From Candidatus Oxydemutatoraceae bacterium (GTDB lineage: Bacteria > Pseudomonadota > Gammaproteobacteria > Poriferisulfidales > Oxydemutatoraceae): a stretch of DNA of 64,000 bases. A program made the position numbers and the translations under genes. Shown here piece by piece: positions 1 to 10,226 of this stretch; positions within the stretch are counted from its first letter, which is position 1, and each line of letters begins with the position of its first letter. The notes below the pieces were generated by a model. That model was not told the DNA's origin, made no database searches, and saw nothing but the letters and a program-made list of their open reading frames with translations. Location: assembly GCA_965219575.1 (NCBI GenBank), contig OZ244779.1, positions 1,800,352-1,864,351 of the forward strand, written 5' to 3'.

Positions 1-284
1 ACCCCCCATAAGAGCACCTTCTAGGAAAACTTTGGCTCGCACCTTTACATTAGTTGTCGACATATCTATTTGTGCATTTGCCGATAGAGAATACACGCTA
101 GCCGTTATAGCTATAACGCTTAAAAACGACATCCTAATAATCCCCCTGACGTTCTCCTTCTTTTTAGTGTCCATATCCAAAGTTAGTTTTCATGCTATTA
201 CTCTCGCAGATATACTAGGAATTGATACTCTAATGCGATAGTTTACCATGCAATGGTTGTCGCACCGGCATATGAACATAGGTT

Positions 285-3200
285 CTACTGGAGCGGACCC
301 TCTAAAAATACTTTGGCGCGTATCCTAATAGCTGAAGCAGTGACATCCACCGACACAGTCTCACTATCGCTTAACCCGCCGCTATCGGTGGCGGTGAAGG
401 TAATCGTTGCTTCTCCTTCTTGCTCGGCACTAATCACAAAGGTTGTAATCGTATCCGTGGTTATATCGGCAGCTTGCACCGGTGTTACCGAAACAATCGT
501 TCGGCTCGACGACATCGCCTCCAATGTAACAATATCGTCCAAATTGAAATTATCATCCGCTACCAAGACAGCGATTTGAGCCGCACTATTGACCGGTAGC
601 GTTTGCGCCGATGACGGTGTAATCATAATCGTCGGTGTAGTATTCGCCTCCACTCGTACTTCAAATTGTGCCGAGACCTCCGAGTTTGCTACACCTCTGT
701 CGTCGTTCACCGTCACCGTAATCACCGCACGACCGGCACCGACACCGCTAACCTCAAGCGTACGGGTGGCATCGTCGGTTGCGATAATCGTTGCGGTTGC
801 AATCATACTATCGCCGGTATTAATTCTTACACTGAGGCTATCGTCGGCATCGGCATCGTTTATCGCAACATCAAACTCGGTACTCAAACCTTCCAACAAC
901 CTAATCGGTTGCTCGGGAATACCGCTCAGCGTCGGTGCCGTATTGACACGCACCACTAGCTCTACACTATCGCTTAACCCACCGCGGTCGGTTGCGGTGA
1001 AGGTAATCGTCGCTTCTCCGCCTTGCTCGGCACTAATCCTAAAGGTTGTAATCGTATCCGTGGTTATATCGGTAACTTGCGCCGGTGTCACCGATATAAT
1101 CGTTTGGCTTGACGACATTGCCGCCAGTGCGACAATATCATTCAAATCGAAATTGCTATCCGTAACCGAGACGATGGTATCGGTCGTGGTATTGACCGGT
1201 AGCGTTTGCGCCGATGACGGTGTAATCATAATCGTCGGTGTAGTGTTCGCTTCGACTTGTACTTCAAACTCTGCCGAGACCTCCGAGTTTGCTACACTTC
1301 TGCCGTCATTTACCGTCACCGTAATCGTTGCTTCGCCCTCACCGACACCGCTAACCTCAAGCGTACGGGTGGCATCGTCGGTTGCGATAATCGTTGCGGT
1401 TGCAATCATGCTATCGCTGGTATCAATTCGTACATTGAGGCTATCGTCGGCATCGGCATCGTTTACCGCAACAGAAAGCTCGGTACTCAAACCTTCCAAC
1501 AACCTGATGGGTTGCTCGGGAATACCGCTCAGCGTCGGTGCCGTGTTGACACGCACCGCTAGTTCTATACTATCGCTTAACCCGCCGATGTCGGTTGCGG
1601 TGAATGTAATCGTCGCTTCTCCGCCTTGCTCGGCACTAATCCTAAAGGTTCTACTCGTATCCGTCGTTATATTAGCAACTTGCACCGGTGTCACCGAAAC
1701 AATCGTTCGGCTTGACGACATTGCCGCTAATGTGACAATATCATTCAAATCGAAATTGCTATCCGTAACCGAGACGATGGTATCGGTCGTGCTATTGACC
1801 GGTAGCGTTTGCGCTGATGACGGTGTAATCATAATCGTCGGTGTAGTATTCGCCTCCACTCGTACTTCAAATTGTGCCGAGACCTCAGAGTTTGCTACAC
1901 CTCTGTCGTCATTCACCGTCACCGTAATCACCGCACGACCGGCACCGACACCGCTAACCTCAAGCGTACGGGTGGCATCGTTGGTTGCGATAATCGTTGC
2001 GCTCGCAATCATGCTATCGCCGGTATCAATTCTTATACTGGGGCTGTCATCGGCATCGGCATCGTTTACCGCAACAGAAAGCTCGGTACTCAAACCTTCC
2101 AACAACCTGATGGGTTGTTCGGGAATACCGCTCAGCGTCGGTGCCGTATTGACACGCACCGCTAGTTCTACACTATCGCTTAACCCGCCGATGTCGGTTG
2201 CGGTGAATGTAATCGTCGCTTCTCCGCCTTGCTCGGCACTAATCCTAAAGGTTCTACTCGTATCCGTCGTTATACCGCCAGTTTGCGTTGATGTCACCGA
2301 AACAATCGTTCGGCTTGACGACATTGCCTCCAGTGTGACGATATCGTCCAGATTGAAATTATCATCCGCCACCGAGACAACGATAGCCGCCGTGCTATTG
2401 ATTGGTAGCGTTTGCGCTGTTGATGGTGTAATCATAATCGTCGGTGTAGTATTCGCTTCCACTTGCACTTCAAATTGTTCCGAGATCCTTGAATTTGCTA
2501 CACCTCTGCCGTCATCCACCGTCACCTTAATCGTTGCCTCACCCTCACCGACACCGACAACCTCAAGTGTGCGGGTGGCATCGTCGGTTGCGATAATCGT
2601 TGCGGTTGCAATCATGCTATCGCTGGTATCAATTCTTACATTGAGGTTATCGTCTGCATCGGCATCGTTTATCGCAACATCAAACTCAGTACTCAAACCT
2701 TCCAATAATCTGATGGGTTGCTCGGGAATACCGCTCAGCGTCGGTGCCGTATTCACACGCACCGCTAGCTCGGCATGAGCACTCAAGCTGTTTCGGTCGG
2801 TTGCGGTGAATCTAATCGTCGCTTCTCCGCCTTGCTCGGCATTCAGCACGAAGCGCACACTCGTATCGGTCGTTATGTCGGCAATGCGCGCCGGCATCAC
2901 CGAGACCACCGATGGGGTTGACGATACCGCCGTCAATGTAACAACATCGTCCAAATCGAAATTGCTGTCCGCAACCGAGACGATGGTATCGGTCGTGCTA
3001 TTGACTGGTAGCGTTAGTGCCGATGACGGTGCAAGCAATAACGTTGGAACGGTATTCTCTTCCACCGTCACATCAAACACCAAAGAAGCCGTTGCATTGG
3101 CTTCGCCGGTGCCGTCATCCACCGTTGCGGTAATCATCGTCTCACCGGCACGCTCTCCGCTAATCGTAAGCATGCGGGTGGTTCCGTCCCCGCTAATCAT

Positions 3201-6200
3201 TGCGCTTGCAATCGTATCGTCGGTGGAGGTGACTTCTACATTCAATGTACTGCCGTCCCTATCGTCCACCGACACCGGCACCATGATTAGCTCTCCCTCC
3301 AACAATGTGATATTGGTGTCTTGGGAGTCATCAACCCTAATCGTCGGTGTCGTGTTTTGTCCCAGCCTCGCACCTAGATTCGACGAGTATACACTCCTCG
3401 TATAGTCTTGCAAGTCGGTATACGCTATCCGCACACGGAACCTGTCGCCTGGGCTTACTTCATGGTCTTGAGGTGCCGATAACGTGGTCGGAACATCGTA
3501 GGAAATCTCAATATCGCCTAAAGTGCCACTCTGCCCGGCAATGTCTTCCCAACCCGAACCGTCACCCTCATCTATCAGACAATTCCTGTTGAGACTTCCT
3601 AGACACTGTTGCCAGTGATAGGTCATAGTTCCGCTCACGCCACCGTCGGTCTCACCCGTCGCATCTATGCCGGTAAAGATTAATATTGTCTCGGTCGTAG
3701 ATCTGGTGAGGTCATTTATCGACACCACGCCATTATCTTCCTTGTTCACCACTATCGCGTACACTCCTGTCGTAGTAGTCGCCCCGTCGCTCACTTCCAC
3801 CACAAAGCTCGCCGTCGCCGTAGTAGCAGTTGCGTCGGTCACAAAGTAGTCGCGAATAGTTAACGGTGCCGTCTCTCCCGACACATCGGCTTCGTCGGCA
3901 TTGATGCTACTCACACGCCAACGATAGCTTAAGTTGTCGAAGTTCTCGTCGGAAGCCTCGGCAGTCATCCTCACCATGCCACCTTCGCTCACCGGTGAAG
4001 GTGCGACATTAACCAGCGTAATCGTCGGTGCAATGTTCGGTACCGTATACACATCGGATTGCGTCGTCACCAATTGTCCGATGTTATCTACAACCGTTGC
4101 CTCCAGCCTATAGCGTGTGCCGGCGGTTCGCGACGGTCTATCGTAGGGGATGCGATATTCATTCTCGGTTGCACCGTCTATCAAAGTGTTGTTAATGAAC
4201 CACCGATAGCTCGTCGACGTAATCCCGTTGGCATCGGCGAGCGTTGAAGTCGTACTCAGCTGCCATCTATCGTCGCTGTCCGGTTCTATGCGTACAGCAC
4301 CGGTCAGCGGGGCATCTACCACTAGTGTGAAGCTCGCCTGCACGCGACCACCTCTGCCGTCATCCGCCGAGACTCTCACGATGGATCCTGCCGCGGTTTG
4401 GCTGGCATCGGCATTGGTTGCCGTGAAGGTCCATACACCGGTCATGGTGCTGAAGTTGCCTATCAAGCCACTCATCGGTTCTATTGCAATATCGTGTGTC
4501 AATGTGTCGCCGTCGGCATCGCTGAAGAAGTCGCTGATATCTCGTTCAAACGGCTCGCCGACCGTTGCGATAATAGCTCGAATCGGCACCCGAGGTGTCG
4601 GTGGAGTATTGACAGCTACCTCCAAAGTACGACTACTGCTTAAATCTGTGCCATCTGTTGCGGTCACTTTGATTTCCGCTATACCCGCTTTGTTCGCTCT
4701 CAGTGCCAAGGTTACACGGGTATCCGACCCGATATCGCCAATCCGCTCCGGCATCACCGATACGATCGTTCGGCTCGACGATGCTGCCGTCAATGTGATA
4801 CGATCGCCGAAGCTAAAATTACCATCCGATACACTAATCACTAGGTGTGCGGTGCTGCCCAGTTGTATCGGCTGTTCAGGTGTGGCAACAATCTCAAGTG
4901 CCGGGGCCACGGTGCCCCCCACCTGCACCGTAAATTGTGCCGAGACCTCCGAGTTCGCTACACCTCTGCCGTCGTTCACCGTCACGGTAATCGTCGTATT
5001 GCCGGCACCGACACCGACAATCTCAAGCGTGCGGACATTACCGGTGGTTGCGATAATCGTTGCGGTTGCAATCATGCTGTCGCTACTATCAATTCTTACA
5101 CTGAGACTATCTTCGGCATCGGCATCGTTTATCGCAATATCAAATTCGGTACTCAAACCTTCCAACAACCTGATGGGTTGCTCGGGAATACCGCTCAGCG
5201 TCGGTGCCGTATTGACACGCACTGGTATTTCTACACTATCGCTTAACCCACCGCGGTCGGTTGCGGTAAATGTGATTGTCGCTTCTCCGCTTCGCTCGGC
5301 ACTAATTATAAAGGTTGTAATCGTATCCGTGGTTATATCGGCAACTTGTGTCGGTGTCACCGAAACAATCGTTCGGCTTGACGACATCGCCTCCAGTGCG
5401 ACGATATCGTCCAAATTGAAGTTATCATCCGCCACCGAGACGAATATATGAGCCGTACTATTGATTGGTAGCGTTTGAGCCGATGACTGTGTAATCATAA
5501 TCGTCGGTGTAGTGTTCGCTTCCCGGGGGCTAATCATATAAATAGTAACCTCGCGATCGGCTTCGGTGACCGTGATGACTAATGCGGTGTTTGCATCTAT
5601 AGGAATAGGCTCGCTTCGCCCGTCGCCACCTTGGTTTGCAAAATAATCGGTATCCTCGCCTTGTCTAACTATTTTGATCGTCGCATCGGTATTATAGGCT
5701 TTTAATCGCAGGGTGATGTCACTAGTCCTAAAAGCAAAAAAACTTACAACATAATGGGCGGTTGTAGCCCCGAAAATTGGGGTCAATCTTGCACCGTGTG
5801 TCAATACTTCTAAATCTCTTAGACCTACGCCTTGACCCGACAACAAAATATCGCTATCCGCAGATTTGAGGATCGGATATTGGATGCTAGTACCGAAATC
5901 CCAGTCGCCGGTACTCCAGCCACTATATATCCCGGTTGCCGTTGTCGGTGATTGCAGTTCCACTAGGGTTTGCGTTGAACTGTTTGTGATAGTAGGAGAA
6001 CCAGAAGAAGAACCGACTAAGGTGTTAAAACCCGTCGCATAGCTATTCGTGATGGAACCACTAAAATACCAACCAACTAATCCGCCTACCCTGCGACCCC
6101 CTGATAAAACAGAACCCGTGGCATAGCTGTTCATGATGGAACCAACAGAATTTAAACCGACTAAACCACCTACATTATTATTTGCTTCAACAGAACCCAT

Positions 6201-9200
6201 CGCATAGCTATTCGTGATAGCACCCTGAGAATTATAACCGACTAAACCGCCTACCTCACTACTCCCTGAAACAGAACTCGTCGCATAGCTGTTCGTGATA
6301 GTGCCTCTATTAAAACCGACTAAACCGCCCACACTACTCCCTGAAACAGAACCCGTCGCATAGCTGTTCGTGATAGTACTACCAATATTCTCACCGACTA
6401 AACTACCTACATTAGAACCCCCAATAATGTCTACATTTAGCAAACCAACATTAGCGATTTCAGCATCACTGTTCGTATAACCAAACAAGCCTATGTTCCT
6501 CGTACCACTTCTGTCAATCCTAAGATTAGAAATCGTAAAACCATTGCCTTCAAACCTGCTTCTGAAAGCATTAGAAGAAGAATCCCCAAGCGGCTGCCAA
6601 CCTGCTCTCGTAGTCCATGTAATCCTATTGACTGTTGAGCTATAGCTGTCATCGTCGTTAAAATCTAAATCTCTCATCAATTCATAGCCCATGCATATAT
6701 CATTAGGACAACCCTCGGTGCTTCCCGTCGCCGTCTCGGCGGTTGCCCTATAGCTCGTGCCGTCCAGTTGAAAGCGGATTGCATTTAAGGTTTCTAAATC
6801 GTTGATATCTATCAGCCCGTTGCCATCGGCATCTACGGCGGTACTCGCTTCCATTGGTGCCGTATTGACCCGCACCAATAATTCTACACTATCGCTTAAC
6901 CCGCCGCTGTCGGTGGCGGTGAATGTGATCGTCGCTTCTCCACCTTTCTCGGCACTAATCATAAAGGTCGTACTCGTATTCGTGGTTATATTAGTAACTT
7001 GCACTGGTGTCACCGAAACAATCGTTCGGCTTGACGACATCGCTTCCAATGCAACTATATCGTCCAAATTGAAGTTATCATCCGCCACCGAGACAACGAT
7101 ATGAGCTGTACTATTGACCGATAGCGTTTGAGCCGATGACGGTGTAATCATAATCGCCGGTGCAATGTTCGCTCCTACTTGAGGGCTAACCATATGAATA
7201 CTAATCATATAAATAGTGGTTCCGGCATCGGCTTCGGTGACCGTAATGACTAATGTAGTGTTTGCGTTTATAGGAATAGGCTCGCTTCGCCCATCACTGC
7301 CCTTGTTTTCAAAATAATCGGTATCCTCGCCTTGTTTAACTACCTTAATCACCGCACCAGCATTATAGGCTTTCAATCGAAGGCTGATGTCGCTCGTCCC
7401 GGAAGCAAGAAAACTTATAACATAATGGGTCGTTGTCGCCCCGAAAATCGGGCTCAATCTTGTACCGGATGTCAATACTTCTAAATCTCTTAGACCTACG
7501 CCTTGACTCGACAACAGAATATCGCTATCTGCAAATTTGAGGATTGGATATTGGATACTAGTACCGAAATCCCAGTCATCGGTACTCCAGTTATAGTATA
7601 TATCACTGGAGGTACTGCTCGTGTCGGTCGCTACTTGCAATTGCTGTGTAGTTGCACCCCTACCACCGGAACTTGTCTGTATTCCGCTGGTACTTATATC
7701 CCAGTAGCTGTTTGTGATTGTGCCGTCATTATCACCAACTAAACCGCCTACACGACCACCTCCTGAAACAGAACCCGTCGCATAGCTGTTCATGATGGTG
7801 CCTCCATTATAACCAACTAAACCGCCGACGGAGAAATTACCACTCGCTGAAACAGAACCCGTCGCATAACTGTTCGTGATTATGCCTTGATTTCGACCGA
7901 CTAAACCGCCTACAATGAAATCTCCAGGAACAGAACCCGTTGCATAGCTGTTCATGATGGTGCCGTCATTCCAACCGACTAAACCGCCTGCATTGCCATC
8001 CCCTGGAACAGAACCCGTCGCATAGCTGTTCATGATGGTGCCATTCAAATTATAACCGACTAAACCGCCTGCATTGCCGTCCCCTGAAACAGAACCCGTC
8101 GCATAGCTATTCGTGATGGTACCGTCATTCCAACCGACTAAACCGCCAGCACTCGCACTATCACTCTCTAAAACAAAACTCGCCGCATAGCTGTTCGTGA
8201 TTGTGCCACCACTATTCCGACCGACTAAACCGCCTGCAGTGCGGGTCCCTGAAACAGAACCCGTCGCATAGCTGTTCGTGATAATACCGTCATTCCAACC
8301 GACTAAACCGCCTACATTGGAAGCACCCATGATATCTACATTTAACAAACCAACATTAGCAATTTCGGCACTACCTCCCGTAGAACCGAACAAACCTATG
8401 TTGCTTGTGCCACTTCTGTCAATCATAAGATTAGAAATCGTGAAACCGTTGCCTTCAAACTGACCGCTGAAAGCATTAGAGAGAGAATTCCCAATCGGCT
8501 GCCAACCGGCTCCCGTAGTCCATATAATTCTGTTGGCTATTGAACTATAGCTGCCATCTTCGTTAAAGTCTAAATCTCTCGTCAATTCATAGCCTCTGCA
8601 TCCGTTATTAGGGCAACCCATCGAAACCTTAGGCACCGTCTCACTCTCTCTATAGCCCGTCCCGTCCAGTTGATAACGCATCGCATTCAGTCTCTCTAAG
8701 TTATCAACCTCTATCAAACCATCGTCATCCCTATCGACATCTCCGTTAAACTCATAATAATTAAGGTAGAGAGTATAAGTAATAGTCTGTGTTGTTTCAC
8801 CACCATTCTCAACCTCAATGGTGATTGTAGTTATCCCGTCTGTGTTTAACGAAATCATACCACTTTCATCACCACTAGCTATGGCTGGACTTCTAGTTTC
8901 TTCATCAGCCGTAATATAAACCTTGGCACCGGGATTTAATGTTATCGGTCTGAATTGTATTGTGCTGGCACTACTAACTACCGTCCCTCTGTAGTTCGGC
9001 ACTACCACATCAAAATCAGGCGACAGATTACCCTCCACTAATTGCAATTCACTCAAACCATATCTAAGTGCAGGCGACAACAAGCTACCGCAGACAGGTA
9101 AATCTGTTGTAGTATCGCCCACACGACGACATTCGCTAATATCTGTGTTAGGATTATCCGTATATTTGAGCACCGGGTATTGGACGCTAGTGCCGAAATC

Positions 9201-10178
9201 CCAGTCATCGGTACTCCAGTTATAGTATATCTCGGCAGAGGTGCTGCCCGGACCAGTTGCTGCTTGCAGTTCTACCGTGGTTTGACTCGTGCCACCGGCA
9301 CTTGTCTCTATTCCACTGCTATTTATATCCCAATAGCTGTTTGTAGTAGTTCCGAAATTACGACCAACTAAACCGCCTACATTATCACCGCTCCCTGAAA
9401 CAGAACTCGTTGCATAGCTGTTCGTGATGATGCCACCATTCTCGCCGACTAAACCGCCTACACCGAAATCTCCTGAAACAGAACCCGTCGCATAGCTGTT
9501 CGTGATGATGCCACCATTCTCGCCGACTAAACCGCCTACACCGAAATCTCCTGAAACAGAACCCGTCGCATAGCTGTTCGTGATGGTGCCTCTATTCTCA
9601 CCGACTAAACCGCCTACACTATTATTTCCTGAAACAGAACCCGTCGCATAGCTGTTCGTGATGGTGCCTCTATTCTCACCAACTAAACCACCTATCTGAT
9701 TTCTCCCTTCAACAGAACCCGTCGCATAGCTGTTCGTGATGGTGCCTCTATTCTCACCGACTAAACCGCCTACCCTATCGCTAAAACCTCCTATTATATT
9801 TACATTTAATAAACCCAGATTAGCAATTTCAGCACTACTTCCCGTATGACCAAACAAGCCTATTTCACTCGTGTCACTTCTGTCAATCCTAAGATTAGAA
9901 ATCGTAAAAACGTTGCCTTCAAACTTGCCTCTGAAAGCATTAGAAGAATCCCCAATCGGCTGCCAACCTGCTCCCGTAGTCCATGTAATCCTATTAGCTA
10001 TAGAACCATAACTGCCAGCGTCGTTAAAGTCTAAATCTCTCGTCAGTTCATAGCCTCTGCATCCGTCATTAGGGCAACCTGTCACAACTTTAGGTGCCGC
10101 CTCGCTCTCTCTATAGCCCGTCCCGTCCGGTTGATAACGTATCGCATTCAGTCCCTCTAAATCATCAATCTCTATCAA
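285..10178 (-). CDS. Giant repetitive surface/adhesin protein, 3' (C-terminal) portion. It was cut off from its 5' portion by an IS insertion. It contains dockerin-like Ca-binding segments, GLUG-type GGLVG Gly-rich repeats, cadherin-like beta-sandwich domains and about 12 tandem Ig-like domains. This fragment has no signal peptide of its own.
   Basis: 3297-aa ORF. It has repeated DxDGNGLIDINDLExLNAIRYQxDG segments and many VGGLVGxNxGTITNSYATGSVSG units. LSPALRYGL...TYTLYL domains match the cadherin-like beta-sandwich pattern. A ~202-aa module at the C-terminus is repeated five times nearly identically. The upstream frame continues without interruption into the IS target duplication at 10219-10226. 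Confidence 0.85.
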   Translation of the reverse strand: MIEIDDLEGLNAIRYQPDGTGYRESEAAPKVVTGCPNDGCRGYELTRDLDFNDAGSYGSIANRITWTTGAGWQPIGDSSNAFRGKFEGNVFTISNLRIDRSDTSEIGLFGHTGSSAEIANLGLLNVNIIGGFSDRVGGLVGENRGTITNSYATGSVEGRNQIGGLVGENRGTITNSYATGSVSGNNSVGGLVGENRGTITNSYATGSVSGDFGVGGLVGENGGIITNSYATGSVSGDFGVGGLVGENGGIITNSYATSSVSGSGDNVGGLVGRNFGTTTNSYWDINSSGIETSAGGTSQTTVELQAATGPGSTSAEIYYNWSTDDWDFGTSVQYPVLKYTDNPNTDISECRRVGDTTTDLPVCGSLLSPALRYGLSELQLVEGNLSPDFDVVVPNYRGTVVSSASTIQFRPITLNPGAKVYITADEETRSPAIASGDESGMISLNTDGITTITIEVENGGETTQTITYTLYLNYYEFNGDVDRDDDGLIEVDNLERLNAMRYQLDGTGYRESETVPKVSMGCPNNGCRGYELTRDLDFNEDGSYSSIANRIIWTTGAGWQPIGNSLSNAFSGQFEGNGFTISNLMIDRSGTSNIGLFGSTGGSAEIANVGLLNVDIMGASNVGGLVGWNDGIITNSYATGSVSGTRTAGGLVGRNSGGTITNSYAASFVLESDSASAGGLVGWNDGTITNSYATGSVSGDGNAGGLVGYNLNGTIMNSYATGSVPGDGNAGGLVGWNDGTIMNSYATGSVPGDFIVGGLVGRNQGIITNSYATGSVSASGNFSVGGLVGYNGGTIMNSYATGSVSGGGRVGGLVGDNDGTITNSYWDISTSGIQTSSGGRGATTQQLQVATDTSSTSSDIYYNWSTDDWDFGTSIQYPILKFADSDILLSSQGVGLRDLEVLTSGTRLSPIFGATTTHYVISFLASGTSDISLRLKAYNAGAVIKVVKQGEDTDYFENKGSDGRSEPIPINANTTLVITVTEADAGTTIYMISIHMVSPQVGANIAPAIMITPSSAQTLSVNSTAHIVVSVADDNFNLDDIVALEAMSSSRTIVSVTPVQVTNITTNTSTTFMISAEKGGEATITFTATDSGGLSDSVELLVRVNTAPMEASTAVDADGNGLIDINDLETLNAIRFQLDGTSYRATAETATGSTEGCPNDICMGYELMRDLDFNDDDSYSSTVNRITWTTRAGWQPLGDSSSNAFRSRFEGNGFTISNLRIDRSGTRNIGLFGYTNSDAEIANVGLLNVDIIGGSNVGSLVGENIGSTITNSYATGSVSGSSVGGLVGFNRGTITNSYATSSVSGSSEVGGLVGYNSQGAITNSYAMGSVEANNNVGGLVGLNSVGSIMNSYATGSVLSGGRRVGGLVGWYFSGSITNSYATGFNTLVGSSSGSPTITNSSTQTLVELQSPTTATGIYSGWSTGDWDFGTSIQYPILKSADSDILLSGQGVGLRDLEVLTHGARLTPIFGATTAHYVVSFFAFRTSDITLRLKAYNTDATIKIVRQGEDTDYFANQGGDGRSEPIPIDANTALVITVTEADREVTIYMISPREANTTPTIMITQSSAQTLPINSTAHIFVSVADDNFNLDDIVALEAMSSSRTIVSVTPTQVADITTDTITTFIISAERSGEATITFTATDRGGLSDSVEIPVRVNTAPTLSGIPEQPIRLLEGLSTEFDIAINDADAEDSLSVRIDSSDSMIATATIIATTGNVRTLEIVGVGAGNTTITVTVNDGRGVANSEVSAQFTVQVGGTVAPALEIVATPEQPIQLGSTAHLVISVSDGNFSFGDRITLTAASSSRTIVSVMPERIGDIGSDTRVTLALRANKAGIAEIKVTATDGTDLSSSRTLEVAVNTPPTPRVPIRAIIATVGEPFERDISDFFSDADGDTLTHDIAIEPMSGLIGNFSTMTGVWTFTATNADASQTAAGSIVRVSADDGRGGRVQASFTLVVDAPLTGAVRIEPDSDDRWQLSTTSTLADANGITSTSYRWFINNTLIDGATENEYRIPYDRPSRTAGTRYRLEATVVDNIGQLVTTQSDVYTVPNIAPTITLVNVAPSPVSEGGMVRMTAEASDENFDNLSYRWRVSSINADEADVSGETAPLTIRDYFVTDATATTATASFVVEVSDGATTTTGVYAIVVNKEDNGVVSINDLTRSTTETILIFTGIDATGETDGGVSGTMTYHWQQCLGSLNRNCLIDEGDGSGWEDIAGQSGTLGDIEISYDVPTTLSAPQDHEVSPGDRFRVRIAYTDLQDYTRSVYSSNLGARLGQNTTPTIRVDDSQDTNITLLEGELIMVPVSVDDRDGSTLNVEVTSTDDTIASAMISGDGTTRMLTISGERAGETMITATVDDGTGEANATASLVFDVTVEENTVPTLLLAPSSALTLPVNSTTDTIVSVADSNFDLDDVVTLTAVSSTPSVVSVMPARIADITTDTSVRFVLNAEQGGEATIRFTATDRNSLSAHAELAVRVNTAPTLSGIPEQPIRLLEGLSTEFDVAINDADADDNLNVRIDTSDSMIATATIIATDDATRTLEVVGVGEGEATIKVTVDDGRGVANSRISEQFEVQVEANTTPTIMITPSTAQTLPINSTAAIVVSVADDNFNLDDIVTLEAMSSSRTIVSVTSTQTGGITTDTSRTFRISAEQGGEATITFTATDIGGLSDSVELAVRVNTAPTLSGIPEQPIRLLEGLSTELSVAVNDADADDSPSIRIDTGDSMIASATIIATNDATRTLEVSGVGAGRAVITVTVNDDRGVANSEVSAQFEVRVEANTTPTIMITPSSAQTLPVNSTTDTIVSVTDSNFDLNDIVTLAAMSSSRTIVSVTPVQVANITTDTSRTFRISAEQGGEATITFTATDIGGLSDSIELAVRVNTAPTLSGIPEQPIRLLEGLSTELSVAVNDADADDSLNVRIDTSDSMIATATIIATDDATRTLEVSGVGEGEATITVTVNDGRSVANSEVSAEFEVQVEANTTPTIMITPSSAQTLPVNTTTDTIVSVTDSNFDLNDIVALAAMSSSQTIISVTPAQVTDITTDTITTFRISAEQGGEATITFTATDRGGLSDSVELVVRVNTAPTLSGIPEQPIRLLEGLSTEFDVAINDADADDSLSVRINTGDSMIATATIIATDDATRTLEVSGVGAGRAVITVTVNDDRGVANSEVSAQFEVRVEANTTPTIMITPSSAQTLPVNSAAQIAVLVADDNFNLDDIVTLEAMSSSRTIVSVTPVQAADITTDTITTFVISAEQEGEATITFTATDSGGLSDSETVSVDVTASAIRIRAKVFLEGPLQ
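290..3400. repeat. Near-identical tandem DNA repeats, period about 606 bp and about 5 copies, inside the giant adhesin gene. More diverged copies continue to about 5500.
   Basis: Antisense ORFs at 666-959, 1257-1562 and 1872-2165 are near-identical and spaced about 606 bp apart. The protein shows 5 copies of a 202-aa unit. Confidence 0.8.
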
Positions 10179-10226
10179 ACCATCATCATCCCTATCAACA
10201 TCACCGTTAAACTCATAATAATTAAG

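Noticed and set aside
253-7104. Many plus-strand ORFs (253-579, 589-2778, 666-959, 1257-1562, 1872-2165, 2806-3405, 4228-5451, 4845-5246, 6802-7104 and others)
   Set aside because: They are antisense to the strongly supported giant adhesin gene. They recur only because the underlying DNA is tandemly repeated. Their composition is low-complexity Ser/Val/Ala-rich or Arg/Cys-rich, typical of antisense translation.
10178-10226. Treating the Met at 10178 as the genuine start of an independent 3297-aa gene
   Set aside because: The frame continues upstream through the target duplication and matches internal module junctions. The fragment lacks any signal peptide. It is the severed 3' part of the adhesin gene.
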